Part shown: positions 1 to 11,382 of the stretch, piece by piece
Layout: the number at the start of each line of letters is the position of its first letter
Numbering within the stretch: the first letter of the stretch is position 1
NCBI GenBank assembly: GCA_900316075.1
Contig: ONBT01000008.1
Location: 664-64,663 of the forward strand
Direction: 5' to 3'
DNA: 64,000 nucleotides
From: an uncultured Lachnospiraceae bacterium
GTDB lineage: Bacteria; Bacillota; Clostridia; Lachnospirales; Lachnospiraceae
Notes under the pieces: generated by a model
Seen by the model: only the letters and a program-made list of their open reading frames with translations
The model's database searches: none
Told to the model about the DNA's origin: nothing
Translations under genes and position numbers: made by a program

Positions 1-47
1 ATAAAAGGATAGATAATAATATAAAGCACTTTTCGGAGGTATATACC

Positions 48-296
48 ATGGCAGATACAAATGAAGTCAAAGTTACGAAAGAAACCCTGATCGGCGAGCT
101 CCTGCAGATCGACCAGGGCATCGGCTATATCCTCATGGGCATTGGCATGCACTGCTTCGGCTGTCCTGCATCCCAGATGGAATCCATTGAAGAAGCGGCC
201 ATGGTCCACGGGGTCAACCCCGACGCCCTCTGCGATGAGATCAACGATTACATCGCCACCCACCGGGCCGAAGCCGCAGCTCCTGCAGCTGAATAA
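48..296 (+). CDS. small DUF1858-type redox-disulfide domain protein
   Basis: 82-aa ORF with a GMHCFGCP motif and the overall pattern of hybrid-cluster-associated redox disulfide proteins. ggagg lies 8 nt upstream of the ATG. Confidence 0.6.
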   Translation: MADTNEVKVTKETLIGELLQIDQGIGYILMGIGMHCFGCPASQMESIEEAAMVHGVNPDALCDEINDYIATHRAEAAAPAAE

Positions 297-447
297 TTTC
301 ACATCAGAATTTTCAGAATCCCCCGCAGCTCAGGCAGCGGGGGATTTTTGGCGTTTTTCACAAGATTTGTCCTTCTGATTTGGTTACTTTTCCGAGTCAA
401 ATATTTTGCAAAAATGTTGCATTTATATTATTCATATGATATAAATA

Positions 448-1860
448 ATGTCAGTGAGAGACATCCTTCCGAATGCATACGGAAGGAGATATTCATTGGT
501 CTTACCATTCTTTTCTGATACGTACACCTGTGAAGCGACACTCCGGGAGGGAGAAAACACTTCGGTGTACCTGGTCAGACACATCGTTCTTGGAGAGCTG
601 CGCGTCATGAAGCTTGTGCGGCGCTATGCCCGGTCCGGTCGGCCTGCGGGAAGCAGAAGTCCGGCGGACGGCAGAGTGCCCGCGGTGGATTCGGCGGAAA
701 GCCCTTCAGGTCAGATCTCAAACGAGGCGCAGATTCTTTCAGGCCTGCGCTATCCCGGAATTCCAGCATTGTATGATGCAGCAGAAGACGAAAATTACGT
801 CTGTCTTATCGAGGAGTATTTCCCGGGAAGCGGTCTCGAAAGCTATCTCACAGAGCATCTGCTCTCAGAGAAGGAAATCAGCCATATCCTGACCGCTGTC
901 TGCGGGATTCTTACCTACCTGCATACCCGGCCCGGCGGCCCGATCCTCTATCTGGACCTCAAGCCCGAACACATCATTCTGTCCGGGGACAGGGTCAGCC
1001 TCATCGACTACGGCATTTGCCGTAGCCTTCAAAACGCCCATTCGGGCAAAGCAATTCCCGTTTTTGGAACCAGAGACTGGTGTTCGCCGGAAGCGGCGGC
1101 CGGAGGAGAAGTTTCGGTCCGGAGCGATATCTACAGCCTTGGCCGGCTTGCAGAAGCTCTGTACGAAAGGTGCTCCGACGGCAGGAAAAGAAGCGTGTCC
1201 GCAGTGATTATGAAGTCGCTGGCCACGGAGCCTTCTGAACGCCAGGAGACGGTAGCCGACTGGAAAGACGCCTATCTTGCAGCTATTTCGCAGGAGAAGA
1301 GTCAAAGGGGATGTCTCTCTCAAACAGTAGCCGTTGCGGGAACGGAACGGGGTGCGGGCGCCACTCATGTGGCCCTGGCCCTGACCGTCTACCTGAACCG
1401 GACGGGACGGAAAGCCGTCTACATCAACCGTTCGGGGAGGGCCGTGACAAGGAATCTCGTCGAAAACGACAGTACGTTTTGCGAGAAGGCGGACGGACTC
1501 ATTTACCACGCAGGTTTTATCGGCCTTCCTGAGAGGGGACCGGCTGCGGAGGAGCCGGCGCTGCCGGATGCCGTGCGGGTCGTGGATTGCGGAACGGACC
1601 TGAAAAGAGCCTATGATGCGGACCTTGTAATATTTGTCGTGAGCTCCTGCCTCTGGAGGGCCGGACTCATTGACAGCCGGGAGCCGCTGGGGCAGGGGAC
1701 CGCCGTTGTCCTGAATCCCGCAAGAAGGGCCAGAGGCATACGCATGTCGAAGGCTCTGGGGCAGAAGGTATACGGTTTTCCGCAGGACCCGGATGCTTTC
1801 ACGCTGACGCACGAGAAGGAACGATTTTTTCGACGGGCTGAGAAGGGTCTTTTGTTTTGA
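448..1860 (+). CDS. Hanks-type Ser/Thr kinase-like domain fused to a degenerate MinD/ParA-like domain
   Basis: N-terminal half has RVMK (beta3 Lys), NEAQIL (alphaC Glu), a YLDLKPEHI catalytic loop, DYG and SPE. C-terminal ~190 aa has a MinD/ParA-like layout (VAVAGTERGAGATHVALAL, VVDCG, VVLNP), but the Walker A position lacks both lysines. Confidence 0.6.
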   Translation: MSVRDILPNAYGRRYSLVLPFFSDTYTCEATLREGENTSVYLVRHIVLGELRVMKLVRRYARSGRPAGSRSPADGRVPAVDSAESPSGQISNEAQILSGLRYPGIPALYDAAEDENYVCLIEEYFPGSGLESYLTEHLLSEKEISHILTAVCGILTYLHTRPGGPILYLDLKPEHIILSGDRVSLIDYGICRSLQNAHSGKAIPVFGTRDWCSPEAAAGGEVSVRSDIYSLGRLAEALYERCSDGRKRSVSAVIMKSLATEPSERQETVADWKDAYLAAISQEKSQRGCLSQTVAVAGTERGAGATHVALALTVYLNRTGRKAVYINRSGRAVTRNLVENDSTFCEKADGLIYHAGFIGLPERGPAAEEPALPDAVRVVDCGTDLKRAYDADLVIFVVSSCLWRAGLIDSREPLGQGTAVVLNPARRARGIRMSKALGQKVYGFPQDPDAFTLTHEKERFFRRAEKGLLF

Positions 1861-2498
1861 AGGAAAGGACTGGGAATTTCAGGAGCGCGAAAAGGGAAAC
1901 CCTGGCATTTGCATCGGTCGGGCGCGGGACAGGAGCCACTTTCATGGCGGTCTGCTGTGCCAATTATTTCGCATCGGTGCTGGGCCAAAGGGTGGCTCTC
2001 GCGGAAGTATCGGGCCGGAACGAGCTCTCATTTGCAGCAAACGACGACATAGTGGTCAATGGCAGTGTATGCGGCTTTCAGTATCTGGATGTGGATTATT
2101 TTCCGGACCTTAGTACCGGAGCGCTATCCGCCCTTTATGATATGCCATACGATCGCATCGTCCTGGACTGCGGGGAAGCAAGACCGGGCATCGAAGACCT
2201 GCGGGCCGAAACCCTGTATTTCACAGCATCTGTAGTTCCCTGGCGCAGGGAGCAGCTTGCCATTCTTTTCGAGGGGATGTTTTCCATCACGACGGACACA
2301 CGAAGTGAGAAAATACTTTTGCTGAACCCCGAAGAAAGAGAGCGCAGGCGGCTTTCGGCCGAACTCCGCATGCCGGTCATCGGCGTGCCCTTCATCGGAG
2401 ACCCCTGCCGCCTGACCCAGGCGGACATCGAGGACCTGGGGGCCATTTTCGCCCCGGGTGCAGGGGAGAGGAGGGGATTGTTCAGAAGAAAAAGATGA
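1857..2498 (+). CDS. stand-alone paralogue of the degenerate MinD/ParA-like domain
   Basis: 213-aa ORF that overlaps the kinase stop by 4 nt (TTG start, uncertain). LAFASVGRGTGATFMAV, VLDCG and LLLNP motifs parallel the kinase C-terminal domain. Confidence 0.45.
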   Translation: MKERTGNFRSAKRETLAFASVGRGTGATFMAVCCANYFASVLGQRVALAEVSGRNELSFAANDDIVVNGSVCGFQYLDVDYFPDLSTGALSALYDMPYDRIVLDCGEARPGIEDLRAETLYFTASVVPWRREQLAILFEGMFSITTDTRSEKILLLNPEERERRRLSAELRMPVIGVPFIGDPCRLTQADIEDLGAIFAPGAGERRGLFRRKR

Positions 2499-3059
2499 CC
2501 GCAGGGCCAAAAGCCACCGCCCGGGGCGGATTTCGCCGCCGGAGAGGGGCTGAAAGACTGCGGTAAAAAGAAGCAGGGCCTGCGGCAGTCTCATCTGCCA
2601 GGATATGACCGGCCGCTGTCCCCGCTTCGATACCTGCCCGCGCAGGACGTACACTTATCGGACGTCCGCCGGACCGGGAAGCAGCATTCACATGACTAAT
2701 ACAGTGCCGTCGCTTCGGCCCCAGTCGCTGCCTTCCGGCCCGTGTCCGCGGAGAGGAGACAGATATACAGACATTCCATCAGGGGGTGCAAAAAGAAATG
2801 TTCATGAGCGGACGGCCTTCGGGCCGCCCGCTGCTTGGGGTGTACGAAAAAAGCCTCGTCCCGTGGCCTCGGACGGGGCCTCGCAGGGGCCCTTCGGGCC
2901 CGGCTCGGCCCCCGGACTTTCCTCCCTTCCCCACCTATGATATAATGGCCTCAAATTTGCGAAATTTCTGAAACTCCTTGAATTCGTGTTGCATATGCTT
3001 GTACGCAGCAAGTATTTCGGGATTTACATTATTCATGTAAAACAACAGGCTGGAAGAAA

Positions 3060-4799
3060 ATGGATACGACATCCGTCAAACGAAATACCAGAAGAAGAAA
3101 AAAGCGGCGGCAGGCACCCGTTCTCCTGATCGGCGTCCTCTGCGCCCTGGTCATCGCCGCGGGCTTTGTGGCCTATGTCATCCGCTACGCCCCGACCAAG
3201 GAGACCATGCCCCTGTCCTCCTACTTCCACACGACGGCGGAGGGTCAGGCGGCCGTCATCGTGAACGGCGCCTACGACGACAATCAGGACGGGACCGAGG
3301 TTCAGGGCCTGATCACCGGCGACGGGGCCTATCTCGAGGTCGGCTACCTGGATTCGACTTTTGACAAGGGCTATTTCTACGACACGACGGAAGGAATTCT
3401 CCGCTATGTGACTGATACGCAGGTCATTTCGGCAGCGAAGGACAATAGCGCCTATACCGTGGGCCGGGACAGTCAGGACCTGGGCAAGCCGGTTGTCGTC
3501 AATGCAAACGGGCTCGACTTCGTCTCGCTGGATTTCATCAAACAATATACCGACCTGTCCTACACGGCTTTTTCCGACCCCAACCGCATCGTGATTGAGA
3601 CCGCCGGCTACACGAAGAATGTCTCGAGAGCGAAAAAGGACACGGAAATCCGTCGCTTCGGCGGACCCAAGTCGAAAATCCTCTACAACATTCCCAAAGG
3701 GGAAGGCTTCTCGGTCCTGGAAAACTACGGCAAGTGGTCGAAGGTCCTGACGGACACTGGAGTCATCGGTTGTATCAGGAATTCCTGCATCGGAAACGTC
3801 ACGAGCCAGACCGCGGAAAAGCAGCTTCCGGACCGGGTATACAGCCACATTCTCATGGACAAGCCCGTATGTCTTTTGTGGCATCAGGTGACCAATGTAA
3901 ACGCCAACTCCGGTGTCTCGGACGTTATTGCCCGGTCCCCGGGAGTCAATGTCCTCTCCCCCACCTGGTTTACGGTGGCGGATGCGGCCGGCGGTCTCAG
4001 GTCCATCGCCAGCCTCGACTACGTGCGGACGGCCCGGGCGGCAGGCGTTCAGGTCTGGGCCCTTGTTGGCAATGTGGACAATGCGGACATCGACATGACG
4101 GCCCTTCTGTCTACGACCAGCACCCGGGACAATCTCGTGAACAATATCATCGGCAGCGCCATCGCCTACGACGTCGACGGAATCAATATCGACTTCGAGC
4201 AGCTCAAATCCTCGGCGGCCGGCGGCTACCGGGAGTTCATCCGGGAGCTGTCATTGAAGTGCGAGGCCAATGACCTGGTTCTTTCCGTGGACAATTATGT
4301 CCCGACCGACTACTCGGCCTTCTACGACCGGGCCAACCAGGCCGACTACGCGGACTATGTCGTCATTATGGCCTACGACGAGCATTACGGCGGGGCGGAA
4401 ACCGAAGGCCCCAACGCTTCGATTTCATTTGTAACCGATGGCATTACAAATACATTGAAGGAAGTACCCGCCAACCAAACGATTCTGGGCATGCCCTTCT
4501 ACACGAGGATCTGGGCGGTCAACTCCGCCGGAGCCACATCTGAAACCCTGAGCATTGCCGGGACGCCCCAGTTTCTGGCGGACCACGGCCTGACGCCCAC
4601 CTGGTCGGACGCCGACGGAACCAACTATGCGGAGTATGTAGACGGCGACACGACCTACAAAGTCTGGCTGGAGGATGCCAAGTCTCTTTCCCTGAAGCTT
4701 CAGGCCATGAAGGACAACTCCCTCGCCGGCGGCGCTTTCTGGAAGTCCGGGCAGGAGTCTTCAGACATCTGGGCCACCATCAATTCCTATATGCAGTGA
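3060..4799 (+). CDS. membrane-anchored glycoside hydrolase family 18 protein (YaaH/YdhD-like) with an SH3-like domain
   Basis: N-terminal basic stretch plus TM segment. GH18 catalytic signature DVDGINIDFEQ. SH3-like segment GEGFSVLENYGKWSKV. Confidence 0.8.
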   Translation: MDTTSVKRNTRRRKKRRQAPVLLIGVLCALVIAAGFVAYVIRYAPTKETMPLSSYFHTTAEGQAAVIVNGAYDDNQDGTEVQGLITGDGAYLEVGYLDSTFDKGYFYDTTEGILRYVTDTQVISAAKDNSAYTVGRDSQDLGKPVVVNANGLDFVSLDFIKQYTDLSYTAFSDPNRIVIETAGYTKNVSRAKKDTEIRRFGGPKSKILYNIPKGEGFSVLENYGKWSKVLTDTGVIGCIRNSCIGNVTSQTAEKQLPDRVYSHILMDKPVCLLWHQVTNVNANSGVSDVIARSPGVNVLSPTWFTVADAAGGLRSIASLDYVRTARAAGVQVWALVGNVDNADIDMTALLSTTSTRDNLVNNIIGSAIAYDVDGINIDFEQLKSSAAGGYREFIRELSLKCEANDLVLSVDNYVPTDYSAFYDRANQADYADYVVIMAYDEHYGGAETEGPNASISFVTDGITNTLKEVPANQTILGMPFYTRIWAVNSAGATSETLSIAGTPQFLADHGLTPTWSDADGTNYAEYVDGDTTYKVWLEDAKSLSLKLQAMKDNSLAGGAFWKSGQESSDIWATINSYMQ

Positions 4800-4800
4800 T

Positions 4801-5143
4801 GTAGGGGATGTCGTTTGCGTGAAAAGGCTTGAAATTGTCCCTTCCAAGGTCTGTAGGGGATGTCGTTTGTAGAGAAAGGCAAGAAATTGTCCCTTCCAAG
4901 GTCTGTAGGGGATGTCGTTTGCAGAGAAAGGCAAGAAATTGTCCCTTCCAAGGTCTGCAGGGGATGTCGTTTGCAGAGAAAGGCAAGAAATAGCCCCTTC
5001 CAAGGTCTGCAGGGGATGTCGTTTGCAGGGAAAGGCAAGAAATAGCCCCTTCCAAGGTCTGCAGGGGATGTCATTTTCAGAGAAAAGCAAGAAATAGCCC
5101 CTTCCAAGGGCTGTAGGGGATGTCATTTTCAGAGAAAAGCAGA
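4801..5143. repeat. 52-bp tandem repeat, 6 full units plus a 31-bp partial
   Basis: Units start at 4801, 4853, 4905, 4957, 5009, 5061 and 5113. Consensus is gyaggggatgtcgtttgcagagaaaggcaagaaattgtcccttccaaggtct. The array fills the whole spacer from the GH18 stop to the tsaC ATG. Confidence 0.95.
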
Positions 5144-6379
5144 ATGAATACCGAATACATAGAAATTAATCCGCAGGATGTAAACTGTCCTGCGGCGCAG
5201 AAGGCCCTGGAAAAGGCCGGGGAGATCATCCGCGCGGGCGGGCTTGTTGCCTTTCCGACGGAGACCGTGTACGGTCTGGGCGGGGACGCGGAAAACCGCG
5301 AGGCTTCGAAGAAGATTTATGCCGCCAAGGGCCGCCCCTCGGACAATCCCTTAATTGTGCACATATGCGAGCTCGGCCAGCTCAAAGAAATTGCTGCCGA
5401 GTATACCGAAGACATGCAGAAACTGGCCGACGCCTTCTGGCCCGGGCCCCTGACCATCATCGTGAATTCTTCAGGGCTCATTCCCCACGAGACGACCGGC
5501 GGCCTCGACACCGTGGCCGTCCGCTTTCCCTCCCACCCGGTGGCGAATGCCCTGATCCGGGTCAGCGGCCGCACCATTGCCGCCCCTTCGGCCAACACCA
5601 GCGGCCGCCCTTCCCCCACCCGGGCCTCCCACGTGAAGGACGACCTCGATGGGAAGATTGATATGATCATCGACGGCGGGCCCGTCAATATCGGCCTTGA
5701 GTCCACGATTGTGGACCTGACCGAGGACACGCCCACCATCCTCCGCCCCGGCTACATCACGCCCGACGATGTGAAACGGGTCCTGGGTTCCTGCCGCATC
5801 GATCCCGGCATTACGAATGAAAATACCCATGTCCGCCCGAAAGCTCCCGGTATGCGCTACCGCCACTATGCGCCGAAGGCGGCACTTACCATTGTGGAAG
5901 GCGAATATTCAAAGGTGCGTACTGCCATAGCGGAATATGCGGCTGCAACGGCCAGCGGCAAAGCGGTAGAAGCGGGCCTTTTAGGGCGCTCTTCCGAGGC
6001 GGCAGGCGGTGCCGTACCTGCAGGAGAGAATACAGCGAAGATCCAGCTTGCAGAAGGGACGCTGACTCCTGCCATGAAGCAGGTTCTCGAAGAGGAAGAA
6101 GAAGGAAAGTCCGTGAAAACGGCAATTATCTGTTCCAGCGAACTGGCAGATGAATACCGCGCAAATGCCCGCCTTAGTGCCTGTGGAGTAGATATAATTT
6201 CTCTGGGCGCTGAAGGCGACGACGAGGAAATTGCGGCCAACCTCTTTGCAGTCCTTAGAAAGTGCGACGACGACGGGGTGGAGCGGATTTTCTCCGAGTC
6301 CTTCGAAAACGGCCGCATCGGCGGGGCCATCATGAACCGCCTGATCAAGGCTGCCGGCCACGACATTATTTCTGTATAA
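5144..6379 (+). CDS. tsaC: L-threonylcarbamoyladenylate synthase, Sua5/YwlC long form
   Basis: Motifs VAFPTETVYGLGGDA, KGRPSDNPLIVHI and a C-terminal Sua5 domain (AIMNRLIKAA). Start moved to ATG 5144 because the ORF-track start at 5120 lies inside the repeat. Confidence 0.85.
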   Translation: MNTEYIEINPQDVNCPAAQKALEKAGEIIRAGGLVAFPTETVYGLGGDAENREASKKIYAAKGRPSDNPLIVHICELGQLKEIAAEYTEDMQKLADAFWPGPLTIIVNSSGLIPHETTGGLDTVAVRFPSHPVANALIRVSGRTIAAPSANTSGRPSPTRASHVKDDLDGKIDMIIDGGPVNIGLESTIVDLTEDTPTILRPGYITPDDVKRVLGSCRIDPGITNENTHVRPKAPGMRYRHYAPKAALTIVEGEYSKVRTAIAEYAAATASGKAVEAGLLGRSSEAAGGAVPAGENTAKIQLAEGTLTPAMKQVLEEEEEGKSVKTAIICSSELADEYRANARLSACGVDIISLGAEGDDEEIAANLFAVLRKCDDDGVERIFSESFENGRIGGAIMNRLIKAAGHDIISV

Positions 6380-6486
6380 CAAAAACCTGGTATTCCGGGA
6401 CAATTATCTGGAAAAGAAAGGCAGAAAAATGCAGGTACCCCTGTGTTTTTCAGCAGTCCGGGAACTGCGGGACTGCATATTATTAT

Positions 6487-7065
6487 ATGAACAGAGTCAC
6501 AAGAATAATATTTGCCGTCGGGGAAGGGCTCTCCCGCGGACCCATGGCGGCGGCCCTTTTCGGGGAGCTATATGATAATAAGGACATAGAAGTCCTGTCC
6601 CGGGGCATCCATGTGGCCTTCGAGGAACCCCTGAATCCCAAGGCCGAAGTCGTCATGATCGGCAACGGGATGGACATCACGGGCTTCACGGCCAAGCCCC
6701 TCATGGACTATGAGATTACGGACCGGACTATGATCTTTACGATGGGGAAGAAGGACCGGGAAGAGATTCTCGAAAACTTCGAATCCGCCGGGGAGGAGAA
6801 TGTCCGTATCCTGTCCGAATATGTGGGGGATGAGCTGGAAATCATGGACCCCTACGGGGGAACCCTGCAGTCCTACGGTCTCTGCTTCGAACTCATCAAG
6901 ACCACGGTGGAGAAGCTGATTTCCCTGATTGAAACGGACGGCCTCTTCGTCCGGGAGCCCGGCCTAGTCGCAGAGACAGAAAAAACGGAAGAGGCAGAAG
7001 AACAGCCAGTGGCAGAGGCCAGCCCACAAGCTCTGATGGATCAGGAGCAGGCCCCGCTGCAGTAG
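6487..7065 (+). CDS. low-molecular-weight phosphatase family protein (YwlE-like), catalytic Cys replaced
   Basis: IIFAVGEGLSRGPMAAALF aligns to the LMW-PTP loop IIFVCTGNTCRSPMAEALF. A DPYGG motif is present and the position after sua5 matches B. subtilis ywlC-ywlE. Start taken at MNRVTRIIF. Confidence 0.7.
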   Translation: MNRVTRIIFAVGEGLSRGPMAAALFGELYDNKDIEVLSRGIHVAFEEPLNPKAEVVMIGNGMDITGFTAKPLMDYEITDRTMIFTMGKKDREEILENFESAGEENVRILSEYVGDELEIMDPYGGTLQSYGLCFELIKTTVEKLISLIETDGLFVREPGLVAETEKTEEAEEQPVAEASPQALMDQEQAPLQ

Positions 7066-7172
7066 AGGTGCAATGATTCAAAGCCGCAAACTCTGAAGCG
7101 TTACATATTGTTTTACAAATAGGGATATGGTATAGAAAAAAGGGAAATATAATAGCTCTCGGGGGAAGTGCA

Positions 7173-7658
7173 ATGAGCGGAAAGAGAACGGATTATATCA
7201 GCTGGGACGAGTATTTCATGGGGATTGCGTCGCTTTCGGGCATGCGCTCGAAGGACCCCCACACCCAGGTGGGGGCCTGCATCGTGAGCCCGGCGAACAA
7301 GATTCTGTCCATGGGCTATAACGGATTTCCCAGCGGGGTCAGCGACGACGACTTTCCCTGGAACCGGGACGGGGCCCCGCTGGAGAACAAGTACTTCTAC
7401 ACGACCCACGCGGAACTCAATGCCATCCTGAACTATCGGGGCGGGTCGCTCGAGGGGGCCAAGCTCTATGTTTCCCTCTTCCCCTGCAATGAGTGCGCGA
7501 AAGCCATTATTCAGTGCGGCATCCGGGAAATCATCTACGACAGCGACAAGTACGCGGAAACGCCTTCGGTCATTGCGTCGAAGCGCATGCTGGACGCGGC
7601 AGGGGTCCACTACCGCAAATACATTCACACCGGCAGGAAACTGGAAATCGAAGTATAG
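7173..7658 (+). CDS. comEB: dCMP (deoxycytidylate) deaminase
   Basis: Zinc-site motifs HAELNAI and PCNECAKAI; 161 aa. Confidence 0.85.
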   Translation: MSGKRTDYISWDEYFMGIASLSGMRSKDPHTQVGACIVSPANKILSMGYNGFPSGVSDDDFPWNRDGAPLENKYFYTTHAELNAILNYRGGSLEGAKLYVSLFPCNECAKAIIQCGIREIIYDSDKYAETPSVIASKRMLDAAGVHYRKYIHTGRKLEIEV

Positions 7659-7667
7659 AAAAGTCCG

Positions 7668-7712
7668 GCTCGCGCCGGGCGCCCTTCGGGCGCCCGGCGC
7701 GAGCTTTATCAT
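7668..7712 (+). terminator. rho-independent terminator
   Basis: 17-bp perfect GC stem (gctcgcgccgggcgccc / gggcgcccggcgcgagc) followed by a T-rich tail. Confidence 0.7.
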
Positions 7713-7873
7713 TTCTGTACTAATTTATGTACAACGCGGCGGCTTTTGTAAAAATAGACAAAAAATATAGTATTCAAAAAGTTGTTGTGGTAATATTACA
7801 CAAGACGTGCTCCTAAAAGGGGCAGAAATATTAGTCATTTCAAAAATGTAAGCAGTTACAGGATGGGGGTCGT

Positions 7874-8194
7874 ATGATAGAAGATACCATTCAGGCCGTC
7901 AAAGCTGCTGAGGAAGAGGCGAAGAAGAAAGTCTCCGATGCCCGGGAAAAGGCGCACGAGATTGCGCGGGCCGGCGATTCGGAGATAGCGGACCTCTACG
8001 AGGCGGCGAAGGCCGGGGACAAGAGCTTTTACGACAACGAAATGCAGCTGGCTGCCCAGAAGGCGGACGAGATTCTCTCCGCCGCCCAGGCAAAGGCCGC
8101 CGAGGAAAAGCAGGCCATAGAGTCTGCGGCGGCGCCTCAGGAAGGGGCCGCTGTGGACGCGGTCATAGAGGCGGTGCTGGCACAAAGCAGGTGA
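7874..8194 (+). CDS. small coiled-coil V-type ATPase stalk subunit (G/H-like)
   Basis: 106-aa Ala/Glu/Lys-rich helical protein directly preceding subunit I in the operon. Confidence 0.5.
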   Translation: MIEDTIQAVKAAEEEAKKKVSDAREKAHEIARAGDSEIADLYEAAKAGDKSFYDNEMQLAAQKADEILSAAQAKAAEEKQAIESAAAPQEGAAVDAVIEAVLAQSR

Positions 8195-8198
8195 TGCG

Positions 8199-10690
<2,492 letters not shown>

Positions 10691-10775
10691 GAATAATATA
10701 GAACGCCAACTTTGCGTTAAACAAAAATTTGGCGAAAAATATTATTCATAAATCACGAACTGATAGGAGAAGGAA

Positions 10776-11378
10776 ATGGCAGGAGTTGACACAATCAAAA
10801 ACGAAATCCTGCAGGAAGCTGAAGAGACCGCGAAGGGCATCATAGCGGATGCGGAGGCGGCCAAGACCGGGCGTATCGAGACGGCGAAGGCGGAACTTGC
10901 CGACGCCACGGCGAAGAATGAGGTCAAAGCCAAGGCCGACGCGGCAGCCCACATTTCGAGGGCCGAGGCCAAGGCCGAGAGCGAAAGCCGCCGGGCTGTC
11001 CTTTCCGCCAGAAGCGAAGTCATAAACGACGTCATTGAAAAGGCCTACGAGAAGCTGAAGGGCCGCGACAGCGCTTCCTACTTCGCCATGCTTTATGGCA
11101 TGGTCGGGGCCGCTGCCCACGGGGAGGAAGGGACCATCGTCCTCTCGCCCGCCGACATGCAGCGCCTGCCGTCGGATTTCGAAAATAATGTAAACAAGGC
11201 CGCTGCGGCAAAAGGCGGCAGCCTAAAGCTCGACCCCGCAGGGGACCCGTCCATTGACAGCGGCTTCGTCCTCAAGTATGCGGGAATCGACGAGAACTGC
11301 TCCCTTTCGGCGATTTTTGAGAGCCGGAAGACGGACCTCTCGGATATTGTATACAGGAAGCTTTGGCCGAAGGAGTGA
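10776..11378 (+). CDS. atpE: V-type ATP synthase subunit E
   Basis: 200 aa with an Ala/Glu/Lys-rich N-terminal helix in operon context. Confidence 0.8.
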   Translation: MAGVDTIKNEILQEAEETAKGIIADAEAAKTGRIETAKAELADATAKNEVKAKADAAAHISRAEAKAESESRRAVLSARSEVINDVIEKAYEKLKGRDSASYFAMLYGMVGAAAHGEEGTIVLSPADMQRLPSDFENNVNKAAAAKGGSLKLDPAGDPSIDSGFVLKYAGIDENCSLSAIFESRKTDLSDIVYRKLWPKE

Positions 11379-11382
11379 TGCG

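Noticed and set aside
2935-3036. 33-aa minus-strand ORF (MNNVNPEILAAYKHMQHEFKEFQKFRKFEAIIS) starting at the recurrent ATGAATAAT motif. Similar 7-13-codon mini-ORFs start at 435, 10749, 33783 and 48735.
   Set aside because: No Shine-Dalgarno sequence. The other copies of the motif open onto stops within a few codons, so the shared ATG-AAT-AAT is more likely a DNA/RNA motif than a conserved start.
3021-3043. dif/Xer-like site, from the palindrome TTTACAT-tattc-ATGTAAA and its resemblance to the ATTATGTAAA XerD arm.
   Set aside because: It does not fit the 11-6-11 dif architecture. The related motif at 48725 lacks the second arm, and the location shows no other terminus features.
4761-5126. Five overlapping 61-121-aa ORFs on both strands inside the 52-bp repeat array.
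   Set aside because: They are artefacts of a stop-free repeat whose unit length is not a multiple of 3. The peptide sequences simply cycle through the three frames of the unit.
4801-5143. CRISPR array interpretation of the tandem repeats here and at 50075-50488 and 57242-57381.
   Set aside because: Units are contiguous with no unique spacers between them. Unit lengths of 52-73 bp are too long for CRISPR repeats. The 50-kb array switches orientation, and no cas genes are present.
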